A stretch of 63,062 bases of DNA, filler included, from Octopus bimaculoides (GCF_001194135.2; 7 parts of 6 records of this genome joined end to end with filler, not necessarily neighbours in it); one strand, 5' to 3'. Counted from the whole stretch's first letter, positions 25,717-38,374 are shown. Notes: a model not told the origin generated them from the letters alone. Made by a program: numbers and translations.

Positions 25717-25737
25717 GCGGGCTGTTTTCTTTTCTTT

Positions 25738-25953
25738 AGGGCGGCGTGCTGGCAGAAACGTTAGCACGCCGGGCGAAATGCTTAGCGGTATTTCATCTGT
25801 CTTTACGTTCTGAGTTCAAATTCCGCCGATGTCGACTTTGCCTTTCATCCTTTCGGGGTCGATAAATTAAGTACCAGTTGCGTACTGGGGTCGATCTAAT
25901 CGACTGGCCCCTCCCCCAAAAATTTCGGGTTTTGTTCCTAGAGTAGAAAAGAT
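25738..25953 (+). mobile_element. tRNA-derived SINE, family A, well preserved
   Basis: ggcggcgtgctggcagaaacgttagcacgccgggcgaaatgcttagcgg...gagttcaaattccgcc (B box)...taagtaccagttgcgtactggggtcgat; several copies in the window. Confidence 0.9.
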
Positions 25954-25995
25954 AATATAATTTAATATGATGTAGTATAATATATAGGTCCAGGA

Positions 25996-26419
25996 ACGGC
26001 CATGCTGGAGCACTGCCTTCAAGAATTTTTAGTCGAATAAATCGACCCCAGTACTTCTTTTTTTGTTATTTTAAAGCCTGGTACTTATTCTATCCGTCTC
26101 CTTTGCCGAACCGCTAAGTTATGGGGAGGTAAACACACCAGCACCAGTTGTTAAGGAATGGGGTACAAACACGGACAAAGACACACACATGCACACACAC
26201 ACACGTGCACACGCACACACACATATAAAGTATGTATATATGTATGTATGTATGCAATAAACGACTGACTTCCACACAGTTTTCGTTAACAGAATTCACT
26301 GACAAGGCATTGGTCGGCCCAGGAATATAGTAGAAGACACTTACTCAAGGTGCCGCGAAATGGGATGGGACTGAAACCAAAGCCATGTGGTTGCTAAGCG
26401 AGCTTCTTAACTGCACAGC
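25996..26419 (-). mobile_element. Full-length SINE family B with an internal CA/TG/TATG microsatellite
   Basis: tRNA-like head at 26419 (gctgtgcagttaagaagctcgc...), body, microsatellite and 3' half are colinear with 45358-45750. Confidence 0.8.
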
Positions 26420-26577
26420 TATGTGAGGCGCAGAGTTCCTTTATTTTTGATTTTAAAAAGATCAATGTGTAGAGTGGACCCTAAATTGTGGAGAACCCCA
26501 CAGTTTAGAACACATCCAAACAAAAGACTTAGTATTAACAAATCTAATTTAGAAAAAAAAAGGAAAAAAAACTAGAA

Positions 26578-26649
26578 GGTTCCAGCGAGTTTCGAACTCA
26601 CGACCTTCTGCGTGTTAAGCAGATGTGATAACCACTACACCATGGAACC
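26578..26649 (-). tRNA. tRNA-Val (anticodon AAC)
   Basis: GGTTCCATGGTGTAGTGGTTATCACATCTGCTTAACACGCAGAAGGTCGTGAGTTCGAAACTCGCTGGAACC. Cloverleaf intact with one G:U pair in the T stem; long T run ~6 nt downstream. The base at position 73 (26577) reads T. Confidence 0.88.
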
Positions 26650-26899
26650 TGATGGTTCAGTGTTGCTCTATTAAAGTATATGGATGCAAGACATATTGAT
26701 TTGTTCAGTAGATAAGTTTATTTGGCGTTGTATGTGAAGATCAACGGCGTGAATCTTATCAGCCTGGTCGTCTGGATTGCACAAGCAACTGGGGAGGAGG
26801 GGGGGGCTGAGTGGAGGGATTAACTGTTAAGAGGTTTAGTGTAATCTTGATAAGTTTATTCTCTCACATATTGTTTGCTCTTCACCTCTGTCCGTCTAA

Positions 26900-26927
26900 C
26901 TGTCTCTCTCTGTCGGACTCTTTCTCC

Positions 26928-26960
<33 letters not shown>

Positions 26961-27077
26961 CAGCTATCTCTCTCCTCCCGCTACTCTATCTCTGTCTCTC
27001 TTTCTCTTGTCTATGTCCTCCCTCTCTCCTCTCTACTCATTCCCTCTTTCTCTCTCTCTCTATCTATCTATCTATCT
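26900..27077. repeat. (CT)n / (CTAT)n polypyrimidine microsatellite running into a gap
   Basis: Read directly from the sequence. Confidence 0.95.
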
Positions 27078-28310
27078 NNNNNNNNNNNNNNNNNNNNNNN
27101 NNNNNNNNNNNNNNNNNNNNNNNNNNNNNNNNNNNNNNNNNNNNNNNNNNNNNNNNNNNNNNNNNNNNNNNNNNNNNNNNNNNNNNNNNNNNNNNNNNNN
27201 NNNNNNNNNNNNNNNNNNNNNNNNNNNNNNNNNNNNNNNNNNNNNNNNNNNNNNNNNNNNNNNNNNNNNNNNNNNNNNNNNNNNNNNNNNNNNNNNNNNN
27301 NNNNNNNNNNNNNNNNNNNNNNNNNNNNNNNNNNNNNNNNNNNNNNNNNNNNNNNNNNNNNNNNNNNNNNNNNNNNNNNNNNNNNNNNNNNNNNNNNNCT
27401 CCCTCTCTTCTCTTCCCACCGTGCCATCCTTCTCAATAATATATGTAATATACATAAATAAACCCGAGACCTCTATATCAAGGGCGTCAAATACATGACA
27501 TAGGACCCGCAACAATGTCCAATCCGCCCCCTTGGCTCACTTTCATTCTTTTATTCCTTTATTCCTTTATTCCTTTATGTATTCCAACTCATAAACCCAT
27601 ACACTAACCCCTTCGTTCCCTACAAAACCATCGACAACTTTTCTCTTCTGTTCCATTTTAGTTGGACCCCTGATTCGTTTTGGATTTTGCTGCACCGCGT
27701 CATATATTTCCATGACGAGAGGCCTTCGTTTCCTAGGTTTTGTTGGGTTTCGACTGTCATCGATGTTTTTCTAGCTTTGCTTTTCCTTTTTTCTAAGTAG
27801 GGTCGTTGGCCTTACACGAACCCTTTTTCAATTCTAGGAAGAAAGAGGTCATCCATATTAGTCTGGCTTTTGTTCTTTGACCTGTCCAGTATGGGAGGCC
27901 CTGTTAAAAGCTTGCACTCTATTGGCATGGCACCTTAGGCAAGTGTCTCTGAAAGAAGCCCATCGTATATATATATTCTTCCTATTTCAAATTTGAAGGG
28001 ATTGCATTTTTTATTATTTTTCTTCCAGTTTCTTTACGATCCCAGGATCAAAGAGGCGTGATGGATCGATTAGTAAACAACTTCGCTTCTCCTTATCTAT
28101 AATTGTTATGTTTAGTCTATTATTTTTCAACTTCATGTCCGTTTGAGTAGAAAATCCCTCAAAATCTTACACTGCTCCGACTCCATTACTCTTTCGACTC
28201 GATGATTGTACCATGTATTTCCAGCTTCAAATGCCCAGTGCAAAACTTTTACAACCTGGTCATGCCTCCACACACTCACACACATATACATACATATATA
28301 TATATTCTTT

Positions 28311-28518
28311 TCTACTCTAGGCACAAGGCCAGACATTTTGGGACAGAGGAGCAGTCGATTAGATCGACTCCAGTACGCAACTGGTACTTAATTTATCGAC
28401 CCCGAAAGGATGAAAGGCAAAGTCGACTTCGGCGGAATTTGAACTCAGAACGTAAAGACAGGCGAAATACCGCTAAGCATTTCGCCCGGCGTGCTAACGT
28501 GTCTGCCAGCTCGCCACC
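28311..28518 (-). mobile_element. SINE family A, well preserved
   Basis: Reverse complement of the 25738-25953 copy with few differences. Confidence 0.9.
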
Positions 28519-28814
28519 GACTTATATGCATACGCCCACAACACACACACACACATGAGTCACTAATAAATGCAGCTATATACAAATTAATGACTTCTTT
28601 TTATTTATTTATTTTATTTCTTTACTTAATCGCACATTTAATTAATTAGTTATCGACGGTCATCAATCATTTAAAGCGTTAATTATATTGATTTCCTTAT
28701 CGATAATGTATAGCAAGGAGTTGCTTTTATAGTCTAAGGGAAATAACTCATAGTTAAAAGAAAGTTATTTCCCTTGTCATTTCTGCTTTTTATTTATATA
28801 TTTATCGTAATTTT

Positions 28815-28990
28815 TTTTACTCTTTCTTTTACTCTTTTACTTGTTTCAGTCATTTGACTGCGGCTATGCTGGAGCACCGCCATTAGTCGAGAAAATCGAC
28901 CCCAGGACTTATTCTTTTGTAAGCCTAGTGCTTATTCTATCGGGCTCTTTTTGCCGAACCGCTAGGTTACGGGGACGTAAACACACCAGC
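28815..28990 (-). mobile_element. SINE family B, 3' portion
   Basis: cttgtttcagtcatttgactgcggctatgctggagcaccgcc...gccgaaccgctaggttacggggacgtaaacacaccagc. Confidence 0.85.
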
Positions 28991-29541
28991 GTGAAGTCTT
29001 CCACAGAAACATGGCATAGCCTACACACGCGGTTGCACCTTGAGATTACAAGAGCGTCACTGTCTCTCTTGTTCACCAGGTACTTTGTGGTAATCTCCTG
29101 ATCCTCGATTGTAAACGAATAGCCTTTCAAAGTGTAATGTGATGTAGTGGTCTGGTGTCCAAGAGAGGTTGTGCTTCGTGTCAATTCTACTGACTTCTTC
29201 AAGCTTCCGGGCAACCTACCCATGCATAGTCTTATTTATTTATTTATTATTTTGTATGCTGAGTGCTTTCCATCCAGGTCTTCTCTGGGGTAAGAGAGCT
29301 CAGCTGTTTTGGGGCTGTATAGGAGATCGTCAGGAGGAGAATGTTTCTTGAGGAGTTCACTGCCAACTCGTACAATGTTGCTCACTTCACCTTTCAGCAC
29401 TGCATTTATATATTTATTTTTGCTGCTGTTGTTCAGCTGGTGCTGCTTGAGTGGTACCATACGGCATTCGAAGGCCGTCTGTACTGATCTCAGGCCTCTA
29501 CCACCTTCATTTCTTCTTACGTAAAGCCTGAGAACATCACC
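28991..29541 (-). mobile_element. 5'-truncated RLE (R4-type) retroelement fragment, from the end of RT to the zinc finger
   Basis: GDVLRLYVRRNEGGRGLRSVQTAFECRMVPLKQH (DRLY.PR..GGRGL motif) and LKGYSFTIEDQEITTKYL...RCNRVCRLCHVSVEDFT (CRLC zinc-finger start). The 5' end abuts (CATA)n. Confidence 0.85.
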
Positions 29542-30046
29542 GTATGTATGTATGTATGCATGTATGTATGAATGTATGTATGTATGGATGGATGGATGGA
29601 TGGATGGATAAACAGATTAATGCGGTATAGTAACAAGTGTAAGTGTTATAGCTAGCGATATAATAGTTTCTTTAATACATGTTGAAAAAGCCTTTACTCT
29701 TGTTGGTAAAGACTACTTTGAAGTAAGTTTTCTGCTACGCAAGCCAAAGTCGACATTTTTGTCGTTTCCGGGAGACGACTCATTGTTTCAACAATTACAG
29801 TTATGTCCTCTTGATTTTAGCTTTAGATTTTCCGTCTTTTTTGGTTTTTGTGTGTGCTGCAAGAATTCTGTTGTTACGAAACAAATTTATTATTTGTAGT
29901 CTTTTACTTTTTTCAGTCATTTGACTGTGGCCATGCTGAAGCACTGNNNNNNNNNNNNNNNNNNNNNNNNNNNNNNNNNNNNNNNNNNNNTTAATTAATT
30001 AANNNNNNNNNNNNNNNNNNNNNNNNNNNNNNNNNNNNNNNNNNNN

Positions 30047-30214
30047 CACAGCCATTTCTGCGCGTCCACAAAACCACTCCTGCACCTCCACACAGCCATT
30101 CCTGCACCTCCGCACAGCCACTCCTGCACCTCCACACGGCCACCACTGCACCTCTACACAGCCACTTCTGCGCCTCCATACAGCCATTCCTCCAGCTCCA
30201 CACAGCCTCTCCAG
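30047..30214. repeat. 22-bp GC-rich minisatellite CACACAGCCACTCCTGCACCTC, ~8 units, cut off by a gap
   Basis: Read directly from the sequence. Confidence 0.9.
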
Positions 30215-31357
30215 TGCCTATATACGTATAGGTTTATATGAAACATCTCTTCTCAAATTCAATAAACGGATTACGACCCTTATAATCTTGATAGATGTAA
30301 TTAATATTTTTGTAGGGTAATTCACACTCTATCGATCCATGGTCAGTATAGAGATCTGTGGATATCGGAAATTTTGTACTGCGTGCATTATCTATATTAT
30401 TTAAATTGCATTACGTTAATGGACTGCAGCATTTGCCATTTATCTCCTAAAGAAATTTGGTTTGTGTTGAACTTTCTTCCAGAATGCCAAGCAGAAGATC
30501 TTCGTGGCTCTCATGAGATCAAAATATTTGTATCTGCTAGGTTTGGACACAACAGACCAATCTGAAATGATGCGGTCTCTTCTGGCTTCCAGCGCTACAT
30601 CTTCCGTTTGCTTCCGAAATTAAATATTTTATCTATATATTTAGATACAGATCTATGTACATATCTTTCAGTAAATATCTTCTGTCTCTCAGTATTCTCT
30701 CTCTCTCTTTCTCTTTCTTTATAACATACATATATAATCATTTATACATACACACACATTTATATGTGTGTTCCTTTCATGTGTGTTTGTGTGTAGTTGT
30801 GCGCATGCGTCTGTCAGCGTATCTCTGTTTCGTGCTTGGATCAAACTAAAAATATCTCACGGTATTTTGTTTCGTATGAGTTACGCCACTTTAGCTCTAG
30901 TTCAGCTTCACTTCATTTACAAGATCGATAATATCAATTAACATACAAAGTACTGAAGCGGTGCCCTCTACTTTCAAGACTGTGACCACAATGGTTGATG
31001 TCCAATTAGCGAAAAACTACTACGACGGAAAATCACAAGCACAAACGATACATACTTATACATTAAGACACACATACACATATAGACACATTACACACAT
31101 GCATACATACACATGCATACATACACATGCATACAGACACATATCTATCTATCTATCTATCTATCCATATATGTATGTGTGAGTGTGTATGTGTGTGTGT
31201 GTGTGTGTGTGCGTACGCGTGTGTGTATTTATGTGTGTGTAAATTTACCAGGATAGGATGGCGGAGACCTCAACGATTTGGCCGTAACTTTGAAGTGGGA
31301 ACCGACCCTCTCATTGTAATTGTTTATGATATATATCTTTATACCAGAATGCATGTT

Positions 31358-31390
<33 letters not shown>

Positions 31391-33538
31391 TTGTGTGTGT
31401 GTCATCTGTGTGTGTGTGCGTGTGTATGCCTGTGTGTGTGTATGATGTGAATAGTTAACTCTGTTAGGGTGCAGTACTCTCCGACTATGTGCGAGATTAA
31501 TCGAAGCCCATATTACTCTGTTGATAAATTCCCAGTCAGAGCCCTGTCTAATATGGCGGGTGTGTCGCCATTTGTAAAATATTTTGCCTCCTGATATTTT
31601 CTGCCATGAATCTAACGTAACATTGCGACATTTTGGCTGTTTCCTTTTTAATACATTTCTTGGCATGTTTGTCTTTCATCTTTGGAAGTCGATAACCGGA
31701 AAAAATGGTCTGAATAATGTTTATATCTGTTCGAATATAAGGAAACAATACAAGAGTTTTGCTCGATGTTATTTTCTGCATGAACTTTGATAGGTACCTT
31801 TCAGATATTATTCAAGTGTAGCCCAACCGTATTTATCGAACAATGCCTGATTCGGAAGAGTTCATGTGCAGAAATGATTGCATCAAACGTGGTTATGGCA
31901 GTAAATATAATGCTTAGAATATTCGCAGCCTAGAAGTAATGCTTCAATGTTCTGCATACCGTAATCAAATTGTTCTGCAGTTCTTTAGTTTAATGAATAT
32001 AAGTGTTTAACTATGAACTATCGTGTGTGACTGTTTAGGCTGTGGGCGTAAGTTGAATTCATACGTCTTACAATGTGTATTCTGATTGAAACGAAAAGAA
32101 CAAATAGGGCGATACACTTGGTATAGACCGAGTTCCGAGCAAGTTACCGAATACTACAGTGAACTAAAGTAAGACAAAAATTACAGTAGCAGAAGCTATG
32201 TAACTATAATAAAAATGTAGCAGGGTATAGTTTTGAATATACCAGTGGGCAATCCGAGAGACGCCAGAAGAAATGATCCTCCTAATCTACTCCAAGCATC
32301 TGCACAATTGTATCGGATGAAAACACCGGTGATGTATGAATGTAAGAATTCATATGCACTTGACAAAAGTTATCTACAATCCTCAATCAATAATAGAATA
32401 AGATGAGGCAAGGAAGGGAACGAAAAAGTACCTCAGAAACCCCGAAAATCGGTGAAGAGTAGAACGTATATCAGCGAGTACCAAATTTGACAAGGGAAGC
32501 CAGGATAAACTAATCGTTTCGAACTTAACCAATGCAATCATATAGAAAAATGTCAGCCCGAATTAGAGAAAAACATATTAACCAAGGCCAAATTTAACAA
32601 AAATATCAATAGAACGGGTAGAAGAAAAAAACATGTTGAATATCGGACTGCGGTATAGTTTAAAACGTGTCAGAGTTATCACCTGTCCATTTTAATCAAG
32701 GTAACACTTCAAACTTTGAATATTTTTTACTACACATTTGGAAACTTAATTTATGGGCTAACATTTTCAAGATGAACAAAATCCCCACATAAAAACGAGA
32801 TATCCTGAAGGGAGCACATTACAATGCAAGATTATGCATAAATCTCAAATTTGAATACCGGTGTGAAGAGAGTTGAGGCCAAGTGCCGGCAGATCTTAAA
32901 CAGCTAGATGTTAGAATTTCCCCATTATATAAATGTTCGGGTGGTACACCAAGAGAGAATCAGAGTCCATAACCAAATGCCGACATTATCGTAGACACTG
33001 GAGGAGTGAAACGATCACCGTTACTAACGGTCTCATTACTGTTGTTTCTATAACTACAAATGCTGTTGCTATGGCTACGAATCCCTCTCTTGGCGCTGAA
33101 GGAAAGTAATAAACTACTCCTATAACATCTCGGTTTCTACACCTTTAAATATTTCAATTAAAAAGCCCTATAAAAACTTAAGTTACAATTATCAACTCCA
33201 ACACTACGAACTAGATTTTAATATCATAACTGCCGGAGAACAACAACACTACCTTTTGAACTTGGTGCAAAAGATGAAACCTTTCAAGACTTCTATGTTG
33301 AAAAATAAATTAAATTGAATTATTTTTCCATTTCTTATTGCATGACTAAAACGTGTGAAGCAATTAAATTTCTTCAGTATATTCATAAAATTCAAAATAT
33401 TTTCCCCGTTCCAGTTAAGATAGCATTTCCTGGTGTTAGACTCTGCCTTGCAGCTCGCTGAAATCTGTCAAACAGTTCAATTCATGTCAGTATGAGGAGC
33501 AGATATGAAATGTCGATGAGGATGATGATTTATATTCC

Positions 33539-33886
33539 TACACTGAACAACTGAGAAATCTACAGCTACTCTCTCCAGATTACAAGTTCAGGTCTATACC
33601 AGTAGTTATTGGATCACTGGGATATGTAACACATTGTCTCAAAACCGGAAAGAAGAAATCTGATTCGGAAACTACAGCTCCAAGCCATCATTGGAATTGT
33701 AAAATTCTGTAAAACTTTCTAGAAGTTTATCATTTATATATGAGCATGTCTACACATGCAACTATACGAATGAGAATACATACATAAAACAAAATATAGA
33801 AATCTGCACAAGCACTGACTAGAAATACTTCAAATATACATACATACATACATACATACATACATACATACATACATACATACATT
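33539..33886 (+). mobile_element. 3' end of an RLE retroelement (endonuclease C-terminus and 3' UTR) ending in (TACA)n
   Basis: YTEQLRNLQLLSPDYKFRSIPVVIGSLGYV...LIRKLQLQAIIGIVKFCKTF carries the P.VIG.LG motif of RLE domains; (TACA)n lies at ~33836-33885. Confidence 0.75.
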
Positions 33887-34099
33887 CAGAAATACTCTGT
33901 TGATGTTGTTAAAATTCCAATGAAAGATCTAGATTAGAAACCGAATTTGTCTCTATAGGCAAGCAATCTTGAAATAAAATTGAATAATGACGTACATAAC
34001 GAAAGAGTAAGTGCTAGAGATACTAAATAAAAATCACGTGCCACGACATAAATGATTGAATTTAATCTCAAAAATCTTTACCGCGCATTAGGTCCACCG

Positions 34100-34541
34100 A
34101 GTAAAGAGTCACTATAAGAATTCATGGCAGAATTAATAGTCAAGACTATTTAGACATTTTATCTCATCAAATTCATCCTTTGTTTGCAGAACATATTCAG
34201 GATGATAGTGCACCAATTCACGCAGGTATAGTTACTGAATGGCACGAGTAACATTCTAGTGAAGTTGAACATCTTATCTGGCCACCACAGTCCTCAGATC
34301 TCAAAATTAGTGAACGTTTAAGGGACATTTAAGAAAAACAAGTACCCACCACTGTCATTACTACAAGACCTGTAGACGGTTTTAGCTGAAGAATGGACGA
34401 AAATTCTTTTGGAAACAATTCAAACATTGTACGAGCCTCGTAGAATTCAAGCTGCGATTATTGCCAAAGGAGGTCCTACCTCATATTAAAATAAACTCGT
34501 TTGAAATTTGAAGGTGTTTACATTATTTTGTCGGACCCCTG
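34100..34541 (+). mobile_element. Tc1-family transposase C-terminal fossil with its right TIR
   Basis: HGRINSQDYLDILSHQIHP, QDDSAPIHA, LIWPPQSSDL and RRIQAAIIAKGGPTSY* are DD34E-family motifs. It ends ...cattattttgtcggacccctg|TA. Confidence 0.88.
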
Positions 34542-34636
<95 letters not shown>

Positions 34637-37318
34637 TTTGTAACGTATTCCTTTTCATCTCCTCTGTCTACCGCTCCTTCCTTAATATTGAATTTCAAGA
34701 AAGACCTCTCCATTCAAGCACTTCAAACTCACCGGACGGCCCCCTCGTCACTGCTCTTACTTTTTATACTTTCATTTTTACCTTATTCAGTGGCCATATG
34801 ATCATTTTTAATAACTGATTCACGATATCTTTCGCACATATATCACCACTCTATAAGTAATTGCTGTACTCTTGTTCTGACCGTTTTATCGAATCTTACA
34901 TATATTTCACTAAGTTTATCATGAATCAATGTCCTACTACATCTGCGTTTGCCAGTCATCCACAAAAAAATAATATTTGAGAATTTCGGCATTTAGACAC
35001 TCATGTATTATGCTTCGTGACATTTAATAATATTTTGCTTCGTTGCTTTATTATACACAACTCTTTATGACAAAAAAAATTCACCGCAATTTGTAAATAT
35101 TTTTATCACGCCTACAGAAGACATGGGGACGAGTCTCAGGAGCGGCCCTTTATTTCTCTAAAAGTGTTTTTCAACTCAGTTTTTATAGGGTACACGCTAT
35201 AGGTTTGTGTGTCATCATTATTTAAACAAATACTGACAAACATACATTCATTCGTACATAAATACATAGACACTCACAGACCCACCCCCCTACGCACAGA
35301 CACATATATTATATATACATATGTATGTGTGTGTATATATATATATATATATACATATATATAACTCATAATTGAATTGATGCCATCAATAACAGTCTTT
35401 TCATCTTACACATGAGTATATGTGGGGGAGGTGTGTGGAGGTGGGGTGCATGCATGCCTGAGGGTGTGTGTAAAATTTAGGCAGTCAGGTGGAAAACTAT
35501 TTTAGATACCTGGGGGAACGTCCATAAAATCATGTATGTATATAGCTATACATACATACGTACATACATACGTACATACATACGTACATACACGCATATA
35601 CATAAATACATACACATACATATACATACATCATACATACACACACATGAACACATTTATATCTTCTTTCAAGCACACGCACACATTTATATACGTAGCT
35701 ATATGTGTATATGCGCGCGTTTGTGAGAGAGTGGGAGAAAGATGGAACTTGTTTGTGAGCATAAATGTTCGTCCATAGATTGCGTTTTAGGAGTTTATAA
35801 AACGGGAATATTATAGCGCTACAAAGGATCAAGAATGCGAAGTAGATTATTCAAATTTTATATGGGTATATGAGAACTCATTTGTAAAATAACGATTAGA
35901 ATAATTAGCTATTGAAACGTGTATGTAAAATAATTTTCCAATGTGAATATGCATATGCACGAATATTGTGAACAGCCAAAGCTAAAGATATTTTCCAGTT
36001 TATATTCCATAACCACGATAAGAATATATAATGAGGTCGGATTATTCTTTCTCCTGAGATATATGCTAATGTGCCTTCTAGTTTGCATTCATAGCTTTTC
36101 TTGCTCGCATTTTTATCATAAATATCTCTGGATATATAAGAACATATATTAATGACGCCAACTTCGATTCTCTCCGCAAAAGGGTAAGTCATTTGTGTAC
36201 TGGCTTGCAATTAACAATGGGTGTGAAACATAGATTGAAAACATTATATATTTGTATCTGAAGTAAGGGGAGATAGAGCGTGTGGTATTGAATTTATGGC
36301 ATTTAATAATCGAAAATGATGTATAAATTCACATCGTAAAAATATTCATTAATATATAAATGGTATTAAACATGCAAATTAATTCTGCTTGAAATTTATA
36401 CGTAACAATAATTCATACAGCTTTAAATTGGATCATTTTCGTTCTGTTGAAGTGGAAAATCTAATTCATTTTATTGTTTTCGTTTCTAATAATTTCAATG
36501 TTTTTTTTCTAAATACCCCGTGCGGTGGCCTTCTATCAGTCGTGTTAATTGTGTTCCACAGTCCAGGATGCTAGAAGTCAATCGATATGATTAAGCTCCA
36601 TAGAACATAATCAAAGACATTGCTGATCTTGACTTCATCTCGTGCCTTTAGCTTGAAGTTTTATCCATAGAGTAAATTGAGACTGTTTACAAGCAGTAAT
36701 GGCATTGACCTGGTTTTCGAAGGATACACGGTCGGATTTTGCTCTGAATAAATGTAAGAATAAATAACTTAACTGTTTCTGATTTGAGAACATTTAAGTT
36801 GTTGATGAGATATGTTAGAGGTACCTAGCCGTAGAAAAAAACATGTATTACGATGGTACCTGTAACAAGGAATGGGTCATTAAAGAATATAACAGTCGAA
36901 TAATAAAGTATGTTCCTGCCTTTAGGCGTTCACTTTATACACGCCAACTCAATTTGATTCAATTCTCTGTCGAAAGACGCCTGTTGTTATTTCTTGTTTG
37001 TATTCGTAATTGTCTTCGATGTTCTTCGTTTTTTGTTTGTTTGTTTTTGTGTTTTGTTGCCGTAAACATTCGCTAGTTTTCTTACAAATGGGTCTAATGC
37101 TCTTTGCTTAAACTTTTTGGGAGGCAACCAGATGGAACTATCTCAAGTGTAACTGGCCGAAATGGTCGTGACTTTTGGTACTTGACTGAGGAAAGAAGGC
37201 TACGAATGACTCGTCTTTTTTGCCTGTCCTTCTAATTGTTATTTCTCTTGTCCGCCTTCGTATCGTCTATTTGTCCGCATGTTTTATTGTCCTCTAGTGC
37301 GTTCTTCTTCCATGTTCA

Positions 37319-37361
<43 letters not shown>

Positions 37362-37367
37362 ATATGC

Positions 37368-37463
<96 letters not shown>

Positions 37464-38311
37464 CTTTCATAACTCTGATAGATTTCAGCCAGTATAGGCC
37501 CGGAAAACAAGACAAGCAACACAAGGAACGACCCTTCATCAGTTGCCAGCTGTTTTTCTAATCCTTATTTCGAGCAATTCTCGACAAGATACGCCTCCGA
37601 TAAAACAGTTGCTCCCGCAAAGCAAATTAAATAACATTTGCGTACTTGCGGAGGATCAACTTTGGTGTCATATTTATATGTATATAGTGCCATACATACA
37701 CACACACACACACACACATTATCACATACACACACACACGCTATCACATACACACACATACGCTATCACACACACGCTATAGCACACACATAGATACACA
37801 GATACCAACCATTCTTCACACTCTCAAAAATATAAATACAGGTGGAGTGTTGGCTGTTTTCTTCCTTCTTCTTCCTTTTCCTTTGGAGTTTCGTATGTCT
37901 CCTCTTTCCGAAGCAGAGTTATGCTCGAAACGTAAAACAACCACTCTTTCCCTTCTCTGAGCCTCTTATTAATACTTTGCATGTGCTACGAGTTCACGTT
38001 GTTGTATTTTTCTCTTGCTTTTGTCTCCGTTCTTTGAATTAATTATATATATATATATATANNNNNNNNNNNNNNNNNNNNNNNNNNNNNNNNNNNNNNN
38101 NNNNNNNNNNNNNNNNNNNNNNNNNNNNNNNNNNNNNNNNNNNNNNNNNNNNNNNNNNNNNNNNNNNNNNNNNNNNNNNNNNNNNNNNNNNNNNNNNNNN
38201 NNNNNNNNNNNNNNNNNNNNNNNNNNNNNNNNNNNNNNNNNNNNNNNNNNNNNNNNNNNNNNNNNNNNNNNNNNNNNNNNNNNNNNNNNNNNNNNNNNNN
38301 NNNNNNNNNNN

Positions 38312-38374
<63 letters not shown>

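Noticed and set aside
27478-27535. caagggcgtcaaatac...gacccgc...ccaatccgcccc, reminiscent of a hAT/Charlie terminus
   Set aside because: No matching opposite end or 8-bp target duplication was found.
30047-30214. Regular GC-rich repeats as a possible CRISPR-like array
   Set aside because: The units are contiguous with no unique spacers and the context is eukaryotic; this is a minisatellite.
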